Source of the DNA: an uncultured Bacteroidota bacterium | GTDB lineage: Bacteria; Bacteroidota; Bacteroidia; Bacteroidales; 4484-276 | NCBI GenBank assembly: GCA_937950125.1 | Contig: CALFEP010000039.1 | Coordinates: forward strand, 3,079 to 67,078 | Direction: 5' to 3' | DNA: 64,000 nt | Shown here: positions 47,701 through 57,381 of the stretch, in pieces | How the letters are laid out: every line of letters starts with the position of its first letter | Position numbering within the stretch: position 1 is the stretch's first letter | The notes under the pieces: model-generated | Told to the model about the DNA's origin: nothing | Seen by the model: only the letters and a program-made list of their open reading frames with translations | The model's database searches: none | Translations under genes and position numbers: made by a program

Positions 47701-50309
47701 CCATGTTGTCTATTTCAGCAGACAAAGAAAAATACCAGGTTGGCGAAAAAGCAGTGATTACTTTTCCGGGAACGAAAAACTCAAGGGCACTCGTAAGCAT
47801 CGAAAACGGCACCGAAGTACTCTCGGCACAATGGATTGACTGCCAGGGAACTGAAGGCCGTTTCGATCTCAACATTACTCCTGAAATGTCGCCAAATGTA
47901 TATGTCAACATCAGCCTCATTCAGCCACATGCCCAGACTGTCAACGACCTTCCTGTCAGGATGTACGGGGTGATCCCCGTTTTTGCTGAAGATGCCTCCA
48001 CCATTTTACATCCACAAATTGCCGTGCCTCAAAATGTTAGACCCGAAACAAATTATCAGGTAACGGTTTCTGAAAAAAACGGGAAAGCCATGACGTACAC
48101 GCTGGCTGTTGTTGATGATGGCCTCCTTGATCTCACGAGATTCAAAACTCCTGATCCGTGGAAAAAATTCTTTGCCCGCGAAGCATTGGGCGTACAAACC
48201 TGGGATCTTTTTGATGATGTGTTGGGCGCCTACGGTGGACGCCTGCAAAGCATTCTGGCCATTGGTGGCGACGGCACACAAATCAACAAAGACAAAGTAA
48301 AAGCCAACCGTTTTAAGCCTGTGGTTACCTACCTGGGACCCTTCATGCTTGAAAAAAACAAAAAAACAACCCACACACTTAAAATGCCTAATTATGTGGG
48401 TTCGGTTCGGGTGATGGTAATTGCAGGAAACGGCGATGCCTGGGGCAACACCGAAGCCACCATTCCTGTAAAACAGCCATTGATGCTCCTTCCAACCCTT
48501 CCCCGTGTGATGGGTCCCGATGAAGAGGTAGATGTGCCGGTGAGCGTTTTTGCTATGTCCGAAAACATTAAGGCAGTAGTAGTGAAGATAATTCCAGGCG
48601 GCAATCTGAAGGTGGTTGGTGAAGATTCCAAAATAGTTGGATTTACCCGTCCCGGCGAAGAAATGGTTTATTTCAGGGTGAAGGCGTCTTCGTTGGCCGG
48701 AGTTGGAACCGTGAAGGTTCAGGCTACCTCGGGGACAGAGTCGGCAACTGCCAGTGTTGAACTCAATGTTAGAAATCCAAATCCGGTGATAACAAAAACC
48801 GACAATTATCTGCTTGAAGCGGGTAAAAACCAGACGTTTTCTATGCAATTTCAGGGGATGACAGGGACAAACAAGGGTTCGGCAAGCGTTTCAGGTTTGC
48901 CAACATTTAACCTTAATCAACTTGTTGAAGAACTTATTGCTTACCCCTACACATGCCTTGAACAAACGGTTTCAACGGCTTTCCCGCAACTTTTTCTTGG
49001 CGACATTATGCCCCTTTCGGACGATCAGAAAACCAAAACTGACAAATACATTCGCCACGCCATAAACAGAATTTCAGGATTGAGGCAACCCAATGGTTCT
49101 TTTTCATACTGGCCGGGCGGCAATTATTACTCCGGCTGGAGCACAGTTTATGCCGGGCATTTCCTGCTTTTGGCCGAGCAAAAGGGTTATGTGATTTCAT
49201 CGGAGCTTAAGAATGATTTTATTAAAAACCAGTACAAAATTGCCTCAGAGTTTAGCCCAGGCCTGAACCAGTGGTTCGACAATTCCTTAACGCAGGCTTA
49301 CCGGCTTTATGTGCTTGCTTTATCGGGCAACGCTAATTTTAGTGCAATGAACCGGTTAAAAGAGCAGGCCAACCTCGTAGCACCGGCAAAGTGGCGCCTG
49401 GCATCCGCCTATCTTCTGGCAGGCAAACCCGAAGCTGCCCGAGATCTGATCAGAAACCTCGACCCAATGGAAGATTCAGAATACGACAAGCCTGGAGAAA
49501 CCTTCGGGTCTTCGCTCCGCGACAAGGCACTCATCCTCGAAACGCTGGTTCTGATGAATGAAAAAATCAAGGCCTTCGAGTTAGCTAAAAACATGTCATC
49601 ACAAATAAAAAATAATTACCTCAGCACCCAGACAGCGGCGTTTTGCGTGTATGCATTTTCGAAGTTTGCATTGTTGACAGGCATTGAGCAGGATCTGACT
49701 TTTAGTTATACCCTTAACGGGAAAAAAGAAAATATCCGGTCGAAATACCCTGTGTTCAACATAGAAATACCTGAAGGGAACCCTCAAAACACGACCTTCA
49801 ACATCGAAAATGATGGAAACGGGGCGCTTTTTGTAACCCTTACCTCAACAGGCCAGCCGCTGCATGGGCAAGAGCTTTCTGAAAACAAAAACCTGACCCT
49901 GACAGTTACATATTTTTCGCAGGAGGGCAAAGAAATTTCTGTTGAGAACCTGAAGCAGGGCACCGGTTTCGTTGCAGAAGTAACGGTTTCAAACCCAGGA
50001 TTAATGGGTAGTTACAGCAATGTGGCACTCAGTCATGTTTTTCCTTCAGGTTGGGAAATACTAAATACCCGCGTCTCGGAAACCCCGGAAAAGAGCACAC
50101 TGGAAAGTGCTTACGACTACCGCGACATTCGCGACGACCGTGTAAACACCTTTTTCGACCTGCCAGCCCAAAAAACCACCCGTTTCAGGGTTAACCTGAA
50201 TGCAGCATACTGTGGAAGTTTTTATATGCCAGCTGTCGAATGTGCGCCGATGTACGAAAGCAATGCCTGGGCAAGACAAAGAGGTCAATGGGTAACCGTT
50301 ACAAAATGA
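44775..50309 (+). CDS. Bacterial alpha-2-macroglobulin family lipoprotein (YfhM-like) with an intact thioester motif
   Basis: Lipoprotein signal LIIVSINSC. The CLEQ thioester is at nt 48954-48965 (YPYTCLEQTVS). The ATG at 44775 is preferred over the 44742 ORF start, giving about 1844 aa. Confidence 0.9.
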   Translation: MKKLIIIAAITLIIVSINSCKPEQSTSGKSDPLRFEGIITGFTSGIIPADASITIMLGKPAEVIQPGSSLPSGTLIFKPSIKGKATLADATTVVFKPDEPLPSGTKFTARLKLDKLVKVNDDLKFFDFDFQTIKQDFSVLPGTLIHEPGQQSQLRRYEGTVLTADKMQPETLQKLIKVSTPYGEPEVTIEAVGINAFSYSVRNIPRRENKYEITISYNGQPAAIDKKGSFTVEIPSLSDFRLLDYRVISLADQSVQLIFSDAPDPSQDLNGLIFFKENTGTKISKNGVTVTIYPTERLSGEKTLVVDGNIRNEKGKTLGKTENLQVALEQLKPQIELIGKGTIMPDSRGLIFPFKAVSLKAVDVTVYKIFSNNIKQWLQTNTLNDAWSLEYVGRPVFMKTVMLDQNPETDLKQWNGFSVDLTGLINKDPSSVYRIKISFKKPYSVYDCESFSGKPEKIEPVELTEDEIEYWDGYSYYYDDWPEDYRWEERDNPCSSSYYTNQQFRARNLLSTNLGIIAKAGTNGHFTVVVTDLLTTAPVEGAAVEFFSFQQQTLGKGQTGTDGIARIKPNGNPFLVSAKSKNQTSWLRLDGGSSLSVSNFDVSGETIEKGIKGYIYGERGVWRPGDSLFLTFVMNDETKKLPADHPVVFELIDPRGQIIHKQMKNKGLDGFYTFITTTDTEAPTGNWKAKISVGGAVFEKWLKIETIKPNRLKINLEFSGLPLVAQKQDQKGKLKANWLHGSVAANLKTSVSVRLTSSDYKFPGYEKYVFSDPNKIYYPTDIEIFSGKLDANGQTEFPVEMQVNDWAPGMLNATFQTRVFEEGGDFSTDFLTQPFAPFDNFVGLNVPDGGDYSNMLETGNDNLIDVVSVDKTGKLVSLNDLELRIYKVSWRWWWSSGSDNLANWTSGEGSELILTKKLSTINGKAKETFRIDYPDWGRYFVQVTDLKGGHSAGLPVYIDWPSTVNRQGRANPAGATMLSISADKEKYQVGEKAVITFPGTKNSRALVSIENGTEVLSAQWIDCQGTEGRFDLNITPEMSPNVYVNISLIQPHAQTVNDLPVRMYGVIPVFAEDASTILHPQIAVPQNVRPETNYQVTVSEKNGKAMTYTLAVVDDGLLDLTRFKTPDPWKKFFAREALGVQTWDLFDDVLGAYGGRLQSILAIGGDGTQINKDKVKANRFKPVVTYLGPFMLEKNKKTTHTLKMPNYVGSVRVMVIAGNGDAWGNTEATIPVKQPLMLLPTLPRVMGPDEEVDVPVSVFAMSENIKAVVVKIIPGGNLKVVGEDSKIVGFTRPGEEMVYFRVKASSLAGVGTVKVQATSGTESATASVELNVRNPNPVITKTDNYLLEAGKNQTFSMQFQGMTGTNKGSASVSGLPTFNLNQLVEELIAYPYTCLEQTVSTAFPQLFLGDIMPLSDDQKTKTDKYIRHAINRISGLRQPNGSFSYWPGGNYYSGWSTVYAGHFLLLAEQKGYVISSELKNDFIKNQYKIASEFSPGLNQWFDNSLTQAYRLYVLALSGNANFSAMNRLKEQANLVAPAKWRLASAYLLAGKPEAARDLIRNLDPMEDSEYDKPGETFGSSLRDKALILETLVLMNEKIKAFELAKNMSSQIKNNYLSTQTAAFCVYAFSKFALLTGIEQDLTFSYTLNGKKENIRSKYPVFNIEIPEGNPQNTTFNIENDGNGALFVTLTSTGQPLHGQELSENKNLTLTVTYFSQEGKEISVENLKQGTGFVAEVTVSNPGLMGSYSNVALSHVFPSGWEILNTRVSETPEKSTLESAYDYRDIRDDRVNTFFDLPAQKTTRFRVNLNAAYCGSFYMPAVECAPMYESNAWARQRGQWVTVTK

Positions 50310-52690
50310 ATTCATTTCGACACATAACAGGGTTTGAAAAGATAAAATACTTTGTCGAAGAAGTGCTTCACTGGAAAGTGACGCCTACTCTTTTTACCCT
50401 ATCAGTAATCATGGTTGTGGTTTTCTTGTTCTTGTACTCGCTTTCGCGAAAAGTATTTGATGAACCTACCTGTACAACCATTTATGCCAGCAACGGCGAA
50501 TTGATAGGTGCACGCCTTGCTTCGGATGGCCAATGGCGGTTTCCGCCCTGCGATTCATTACCTGAAAAATACAGTCAATGTTTGCTGTTGTTCGAAGACC
50601 GCTTTTTTTTCAGGCATCCGGGTTTCAATCCGCTTTCGTTTTTACGGGCTGCTTACCAGAATTTTTTAAGTGGAAAAACCGTCAGTGGCGGTTCAACATT
50701 AACCATGCAAACCATCAGGCTTTCGCGAAAAGGGAAGCCCCGGAATATTTTTCAAAAAGTGATTGAAATTTTCCTGGCCGTGCACCTCGAAATCGGAAAA
50801 TCAAAGCAGGAAATTTTAGCCTTGTACGCCTCCAATGCACCTTTTGGTGGAAATGTGGTTGGACTGGATGCAGCATCGTGGCGATATTTCGGAAGAAGTC
50901 CCCACAATCTTTCCTGGGCTGAGTCGGCATGTCTTGCAGTGTTGCCCAACGCTCCCTCACTCATTCATCCCGGCAGAAACCGTGAAGCTTTAAAAAAGAA
51001 ACGCAACCGGCTGCTTGACAGAATGCTCAAGAGTAAGGTGATTTCACCCCTCGAATACGATCTTTCCATCGAAGAACCGATACCAGATGAGCCCGTGCCG
51101 TTGCCTGATGATGCGTTTCATCTTGTTAGCCGTTTGTCGTCCGAAAACAATGGAAAACTAATGGTTTCCACCATTGACCCTATGCTTCAGCGTAAGGTGA
51201 ACGAAATTGCCAACCGACACCATCGGATTTTACAATACAACAACATCCACAACCTGGCGCTAATGGTTTTAAAGGTTAAAACCGGCGAGGTGGTGGCATA
51301 TATTGGAAACACAGGTGACATTAACGAAACCAAACATGGATGCCAGGTTGATATCATCACCAGTCCGCGAAGCAGCGGAAGCCTTCTGAAACCGCTGCTA
51401 TATGCTGCTATGCTCGATGATGGCGAACTTTTACCACAAACCCTTGTGGCCGACATTCCGACTACGATCAACGATTTTTCACCAAAAAATTTTGATATAA
51501 CCTACGATGGTGCAGTTCCGGCGCGCGAAGCCCTCATCAGGTCGCTCAATGTTCCGGCAGTTCGCATGCTTAGCGCTTATAGTCCTGAACGTTTTTACGC
51601 TAAGTTGAAACAATGTGGTTTCACAACGCTTACCTACCCACCAGGTCATTACGGATTATCGCTTATCCTGGGTGGTGCTGAGGTGAATCTGTGGGATATC
51701 TGCATGGTTTACAGGAATCTGGCCGTCAAATTGACGGCTGCTGGCAACGCACCCTGTTCACCATCTTTGCTTCAGAATGATGAGCAAATGTGCAGAGAAG
51801 AAAAGGTTCCTTTTTCAAAATCAAGCATCTGGCTCACCCTTGATGCCATGAAAGATGTTCGTCGTCCTGACAATGAAACAGGGTGGGAATCTTTCCTTTC
51901 TTCGCACCCAATAGCCTGGAAAACCGGAACCAGCTTTGGTTTCAGGGATGCCTGGGCGGTGGGTATCACGCCTGATTTTGTAGTAGGTGTCTGGGCAGGA
52001 AATGCTGATGGCGAAGGACGCCCCGGATTAACAGGAATCAAGGTGGCTGCGCCAGTTATGTTCGACGTTTTCAGTGTTTTGCCATTTGATGCCGACTGGT
52101 TTGAACCACCCCTGGAAGAAATGGAACCCGTGCCAGTTTGCAGGCAAAGCGGCATGCGACCATCACATTTCTGCAGCCAAACTGACACGGTTTGGATCGG
52201 ACAGGCCGGATTAAAAACAAAATCCTGTCCGTACCATTCAATCATTCATCTTGACAAAGAAATGAAATACAGGGTAAATGCCAATTGTTACCCCGTTGAT
52301 CAGATAAAAACCACTTCATGGTTCACGCTGCCTCCGGCCATGGCCTGGTTTTATAAATCGAAGAATCCGTTTTACCAGAACCTTCCTCCCTGGCTGCCGG
52401 GATGCGAAAGTGATGAAAAAAGTTCCATGCAACTTATCTGGCCCGACAAACCTTCGAAAATATATTTACCTCTGCAGGCCGACGGAAAACCAGGTCTGGT
52501 GGTATTTGAGGCGGCACACTTACAACCGTCAAAAATCATTTACTGGTATTCCGATAACCAGTTTCTGGGCGCCACACAAAACCTCCACAAAATGGAATTT
52601 CAGCCTGCCACCGGAAAACATACCCTGGTTTTAATGGACGAAGATGGCAACATGCTCGACCAGGCTTTTGAGGTGGTGGGGAAAAAATAA
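50306..52690 (+). CDS. pbpC: Penicillin-binding protein 1C
   Basis: Transglycosylase motifs EDRFFFRHPGFN and RKxxE-type region, a transpeptidase SxxK (SSGSLLKP), and a PBP1C C-terminal domain. It shares an ATGA overlap with the A2M stop codon. Confidence 0.9.
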   Translation: MNSFRHITGFEKIKYFVEEVLHWKVTPTLFTLSVIMVVVFLFLYSLSRKVFDEPTCTTIYASNGELIGARLASDGQWRFPPCDSLPEKYSQCLLLFEDRFFFRHPGFNPLSFLRAAYQNFLSGKTVSGGSTLTMQTIRLSRKGKPRNIFQKVIEIFLAVHLEIGKSKQEILALYASNAPFGGNVVGLDAASWRYFGRSPHNLSWAESACLAVLPNAPSLIHPGRNREALKKKRNRLLDRMLKSKVISPLEYDLSIEEPIPDEPVPLPDDAFHLVSRLSSENNGKLMVSTIDPMLQRKVNEIANRHHRILQYNNIHNLALMVLKVKTGEVVAYIGNTGDINETKHGCQVDIITSPRSSGSLLKPLLYAAMLDDGELLPQTLVADIPTTINDFSPKNFDITYDGAVPAREALIRSLNVPAVRMLSAYSPERFYAKLKQCGFTTLTYPPGHYGLSLILGGAEVNLWDICMVYRNLAVKLTAAGNAPCSPSLLQNDEQMCREEKVPFSKSSIWLTLDAMKDVRRPDNETGWESFLSSHPIAWKTGTSFGFRDAWAVGITPDFVVGVWAGNADGEGRPGLTGIKVAAPVMFDVFSVLPFDADWFEPPLEEMEPVPVCRQSGMRPSHFCSQTDTVWIGQAGLKTKSCPYHSIIHLDKEMKYRVNANCYPVDQIKTTSWFTLPPAMAWFYKSKNPFYQNLPPWLPGCESDEKSSMQLIWPDKPSKIYLPLQADGKPGLVVFEAAHLQPSKIIYWYSDNQFLGATQNLHKMEFQPATGKHTLVLMDEDGNMLDQAFEVVGKK

Positions 52691-52776
52691 CCGAAAATTT
52701 CCTGAAAATGTTAACAAAAGCTGATACATTTGGTAACAATTAATCGAAATCCAGTTCACAAATAAATCATGACAAG

Positions 52777-55710
52777 ATGAAAAAATTTACAATCGTTGTT
52801 TTGTCAATTGTTTTTGGAGTTGCAATTTTTTCACAAAATCAATCTGTTTTAAATTCAATACTCAAAAAAAAACAGTTGAAAACAACACTAACAGAACAAA
52901 TCTATAGCCCTGATTTTGCATCGATATCCAGTTCGATCAATCAGGAATCCTTCAATTTGGCTTTGGATGATTATGGGAATCCCCCCGATTGGGGAAATAT
53001 CTCACATTTCGGTGGTGCCGGAGCCGGTTATGGCAGGGATATTATTGCCAATGAATTAGGTCATATTTATGTTTGCGGATCATTTTGCGGAACGATCACT
53101 ATTGGTAATGAATCATGGACATGCGTTGGTAACCGTGATGCTTTTGTGGCAAAATTTTCGTCTGAAGGAAATTTAATCTGGTTGAAAACATTAACTGCAG
53201 CAGTTGGTGAGACGGTCGATGCCTACGGTATTAATTTCGACCAGGAAGGAAACATTCTCATCACTGGCTATCATACCGGGACTGTTTCGGCTGGTGGTAG
53301 AATTCTTAATTCAAAGGGCGGAATGACACTGTATTTTGCAAAGTACAATACTCAGGGCGATCTTCTGATGGCATTAAACCACGAAAATTCAGGGTATGAT
53401 GAAATCGGCCTGAGAATTTTAACCGACCCTGACAACAACATTTACATCCTTGGGTCAAGTGACGGAACAGTAAGTTTCAGAAACAGTACCGTTCTTCTTA
53501 AGTTTATGATTGCCACCAATGAATTTGGAGCATTCTATTATAATCAGAATTTCTGCGATCTGGTGTACCACGATCAGCATTTGTATTTTGTAGGAACAGT
53601 TAATTCTCCCGATTGGATTGGTGATTTTTATGTTGAACCACTTACCACAAACGATGTATTTATTGCTGTTTCAGACCTATATTTTAATTTTGAGATGGTA
53701 ACACAGGCTACCCACGGCTCAAATACTTTTGGAAATAGTTACGGTATCGCAATAGCAGTTGATAATAATGGGAGTATCCTTATCACAGGCTATTTTGATG
53801 GTAACATTTATTTTGATCCCTACTTTCTGAATGTAGATTCAAATTTTGCTGCCAAATTTGATAATCATGGAAATTGCTTATGGCTATCCAGGTTTGATAA
53901 TTACACTACATTCCCTTCATCAAAAGACATTAGCTGCATCGATGACAATGTGTATGTAACAGGCTCCAAAACAATAGGTGTGTATTCGTTGATTAATGGA
54001 ACGCTCTTAGACGACAATAGATATAGTGGTTTGTTCAATAAATCATACCTTTTAAATGATACTTTATTTGTAACCGGATCATCGTACAATGAAAAAATTA
54101 TAATAGCATCAATCAATCATCAATTATCAGAAGTCTGGAATAATTGCATCAATAGCACTGTTGCAAGATCTTATGTAATTAACGCTCAGGTTGACCAATT
54201 TGGCAATGTTTATTCATTCAATAACACGAATAACCCTATCATTTATAAGAATATTGAATTACAAAAAGGACTATTTCTGACAAAAGAGAACAATAATGGT
54301 GATTTACTTTGGTTAAAAAATTTCCCGGATCATGAAGATGGTCCGGGTATTGGTAATCGCATAATCTGTGACACAACCAATGAATTTGTTTTTATCACGG
54401 GCAATTTTTCTAAAACACTGATTATCCCTGATCAAGACACCTTGATTGCCGGTGAAGACCAATCCATTTTTATAATAAAGTATAATTTTAATGGAGATTT
54501 TCAATGGGCGACCCAAATAAATTGTGTTTCTGTTTCTTTATGTTTGGCGACTACACAAACAGGGGGAGTCTGGATATCAGCGAACTTTTCACAACAAGTC
54601 ACTATCGGAAATTTTACTCTTTTTGCTTCTGGTTACAGTGATTGGTTTGTTGCAAAATTTACCCCTGATGGAATATGTGAATGGGCAGAAAGGATTGGTG
54701 GAAGTGATTTGGAAGAATATGAAAGCCTAATTGCAACTGACAAATTTGATAATGTTTATTTTACTGGAGAAGTACCCGCTGAAGATGTTACAATCGGTAA
54801 TACTCCATTTCCGATACATGATGGTGATGGTAATATTTTATTCGCCAAGTTTGATGAAAGTGGTAATCTTTTATGGGTTAAATCACTGGCAGGGAGCACA
54901 ATAGAAATGGGCGACTGGAATTGCTGGCCCACAGGAATCGAAACAGACAATGAAGGATATGTTTATATGAAAGGTTGGCATGGCGATTCAACATTTTTCG
55001 ACAACATCATGCTCCGAAATCCATATTATGATTATGGAAAATTCATCGCCAAATTCGATCAGAATGGGAATACACTTTGGGCAAAATCAATCACCGAAAC
55101 CCATTATGGCCTCGATTACAATCAGATGAGTGTTGATAACAAAGGAAACGTCTATCTGGGTTTTCAGGTAACTGACACCCTGTATTTCGAAAATTTTTTT
55201 ATGTATCCCTGCGCAAACAAGTATGATATGTTAACCGCTAAATACAACACATCCGGTGTACTGGAATGGGCTAAATTTATTATTGGAACCCAAGCCACCT
55301 ATTGCTGGATGAGCAGTGTTACTGCAACCGGTGAAGATCAGGTTTTCTGTAGTGGATTTTTTAGTAATGAACTTAATTTTGCAAATACAAAAATCACCGC
55401 CGGAAATCATCACGGTTTTGTGGCCGCCATCGGATCAAGCACCGGAATCAGCAATCCGGAGGGTTATTCTTCACAAAATCTTTTCGATATTTTCCCAAAT
55501 CCGGCAAATGATTTCATTAATCTTACCATCAACACCAAAGATGCTTTCAACATTTCAATTATTGACAATTTAGGTAAATCATTGATGAATGAAGAAAACA
55601 TCATTTCGGATAACATGCTGATGGATATTTCGTCTTTTCCAGCAAACGTTTATTATGTGGTCGTTGAAACAAAGACCGGAACAGAGATAAGAAAACTGAT
55701 TGTTAAATAG
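52777..55710 (+). CDS. SBBP-type beta-propeller repeat protein with a T9SS C-terminal sorting domain
   Basis: Repeated units resemble ...G.IYV.G.F.GT...G......G..DAFVAKF...GN.LW. The C-terminus reads IFPNPANDFINLTI...NVYYVVV. Confidence 0.7.
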   Translation: MKKFTIVVLSIVFGVAIFSQNQSVLNSILKKKQLKTTLTEQIYSPDFASISSSINQESFNLALDDYGNPPDWGNISHFGGAGAGYGRDIIANELGHIYVCGSFCGTITIGNESWTCVGNRDAFVAKFSSEGNLIWLKTLTAAVGETVDAYGINFDQEGNILITGYHTGTVSAGGRILNSKGGMTLYFAKYNTQGDLLMALNHENSGYDEIGLRILTDPDNNIYILGSSDGTVSFRNSTVLLKFMIATNEFGAFYYNQNFCDLVYHDQHLYFVGTVNSPDWIGDFYVEPLTTNDVFIAVSDLYFNFEMVTQATHGSNTFGNSYGIAIAVDNNGSILITGYFDGNIYFDPYFLNVDSNFAAKFDNHGNCLWLSRFDNYTTFPSSKDISCIDDNVYVTGSKTIGVYSLINGTLLDDNRYSGLFNKSYLLNDTLFVTGSSYNEKIIIASINHQLSEVWNNCINSTVARSYVINAQVDQFGNVYSFNNTNNPIIYKNIELQKGLFLTKENNNGDLLWLKNFPDHEDGPGIGNRIICDTTNEFVFITGNFSKTLIIPDQDTLIAGEDQSIFIIKYNFNGDFQWATQINCVSVSLCLATTQTGGVWISANFSQQVTIGNFTLFASGYSDWFVAKFTPDGICEWAERIGGSDLEEYESLIATDKFDNVYFTGEVPAEDVTIGNTPFPIHDGDGNILFAKFDESGNLLWVKSLAGSTIEMGDWNCWPTGIETDNEGYVYMKGWHGDSTFFDNIMLRNPYYDYGKFIAKFDQNGNTLWAKSITETHYGLDYNQMSVDNKGNVYLGFQVTDTLYFENFFMYPCANKYDMLTAKYNTSGVLEWAKFIIGTQATYCWMSSVTATGEDQVFCSGFFSNELNFANTKITAGNHHGFVAAIGSSTGISNPEGYSSQNLFDIFPNPANDFINLTINTKDAFNISIIDNLGKSLMNEENIISDNMLMDISSFPANVYYVVVETKTGTEIRKLIVK

Positions 55711-55746
55711 CTGATTTTACCACTCAGATCAAAGGTGATTCAGACC

Positions 55747-55776
55747 TTGATTATGACACCAATTTTTATACCTTTG
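55747..55776 (+). promoter_or_regulatory. Bacteroidota-type promoter for guaB
   Basis: TTG (55747-55749), a 19-nt spacer, then TACCTTTG (55769-55776, matches TAnnTTTG). It lies 25 nt upstream of the ATG at 55801. Confidence 0.5.
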
Positions 55777-55800
55777 CCGCAATTTTTAATTGATGCGCAA

Positions 55801-57273
55801 ATGATTCAATATCAAGACAAATTCACCGGCGAAGGTTTTACTTACGACGATGTTCTTTTGTTACCTGCTTACAGCGAAGTTTTACCACGCGAAGTTGATC
55901 TTTCGACCTGGTTCACTTCGGGTATCAGTATGAAAATTCCTGTGGTATCAGCAGCCATGGACACTGTGACGGAGCACAAACTCGCCATTGCCATTGCCCA
56001 GGAAGGTGGCATCGGTGTTTTGCACAAAAACATGACCATCGAAAAACAGGCCATCGAGGTGAAAAAGGTAAAACGCGCCGAAAACGGTATGATCCTCGAC
56101 CCCATCACATTAAACAAAACCGCCCGTGTTGAAGATGCCCTTCAAATTATGAAAGAATACAGCATTGGCGGAATCCCCGTTGTGGATGGCAACCGGAAGC
56201 TTGTTGGGATTGTTACCAACCGCGATCTTCGTTTTGAACGTAACCTCACCCGCCCGGTGGCCGAAATCATGACCAGCGAAAACCTGATCACTACCACCGA
56301 ATTTACCGACTTTGAAAAAGCTGCCGACATCCTTCAGGAATACAAAATTGAAAAACTTCCGGTGGTTGATAAAGATTTCAAGCTTGTGGGGCTTATCACA
56401 TACAAAGACATTATCAAAATCAAAGCCCGTCCGAATGCCTGCAAGGACGAGCGTGGCAGGTTGCGGGTAGCGGCTGCTGTGGGTGTTGGTGGTGATGTTA
56501 TCGAGCGCACTACCGAACTTGTTCACCAGCAGGTTGATGCCATTGTGATCGATACAGCCCACGGGCATTCACGCGGAGTGCTTGAAACAACCCGCCGGAT
56601 CAAACAGTTGTTCCCCGATCTGCAACTGGTTGTGGGAAATATTGGTACGGCCGAGGCCGCCCTTGATTTGGTCAAAGCAGGCGCCAACGCGGTGAAAGTA
56701 GGAATTGGGCCAGGCTCAATTTGTACCACCCGCATCATTGCCGGAATTGGGATTCCACAGTTAACAGCCGTTTATAACGTTTCGCAGGCCATCAAGGGTA
56801 CCGGAATCCCGGTGATTGCCGATGGCGGAATACGTTACACCGGCGATATCACCAAAGCCATAGCAGCGGGGGCCTTTTCGGTGATGGCAGGATCGCTTTT
56901 TGCCGGGGTTGACGAATCGCCGGGCGACACCATCATTTTTGAAGGAAGAAAATACAAGACTTACCGCGGAATGGGTTCCATTGAAGCCATGGAAAAAGGT
57001 TCGAAAGACCGTTATTTTCAGGATATGGAAGAAGACATTAAAAAGCTTGTCCCCGAAGGTATTGTTGGAAGGGTTCCTTACAAGGGCACCTTGTCTGAGG
57101 TTATTCACCAGATGGTTGGCGGTTTGCGTGCCGGTATGGGCTACACCGGATCAAAAAACATTGAATCGCTGCAACAGGCCAGGTTTATCAAAATTACGGC
57201 TGCAGGCGTGGTCGAGAGCCACCCGCACGACATTACCATCACCCGCGAAGCGCCGAATTACAGCAAACATTAG
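55801..57273 (+). CDS. guaB: IMP dehydrogenase
   Basis: [11 protein letters not shown], a tandem CBS insert, the catalytic loop [11 protein letters not shown], and GGIRYTGDI. The ATG at 55801 is supported by the promoter inside the longer ORF. Confidence 0.95.
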   Translation: MIQYQDKFTGEGFTYDDVLLLPAYSEVLPREVDLSTWFTSGISMKIPVVSAAMDTVTEHKLAIAIAQEGGIGVLHKNMTIEKQAIEVKKVKRAENGMILDPITLNKTARVEDALQIMKEYSIGGIPVVDGNRKLVGIVTNRDLRFERNLTRPVAEIMTSENLITTTEFTDFEKAADILQEYKIEKLPVVDKDFKLVGLITYKDIIKIKARPNACKDERGRLRVAAAVGVGGDVIERTTELVHQQVDAIVIDTAHGHSRGVLETTRRIKQLFPDLQLVVGNIGTAEAALDLVKAGANAVKVGIGPGSICTTRIIAGIGIPQLTAVYNVSQAIKGTGIPVIADGGIRYTGDITKAIAAGAFSVMAGSLFAGVDESPGDTIIFEGRKYKTYRGMGSIEAMEKGSKDRYFQDMEEDIKKLVPEGIVGRVPYKGTLSEVIHQMVGGLRAGMGYTGSKNIESLQQARFIKITAAGVVESHPHDITITREAPNYSKH

Positions 57274-57381
57274 ATTGCTAAATTTTACTAAAAAGCAAAA
57301 TAATTCAGCATTTTTATCGTAACAGAAAACATTGTTTTCAAAAATGATTTACATTGAAAATTAAACAAATAATAAATAAAC

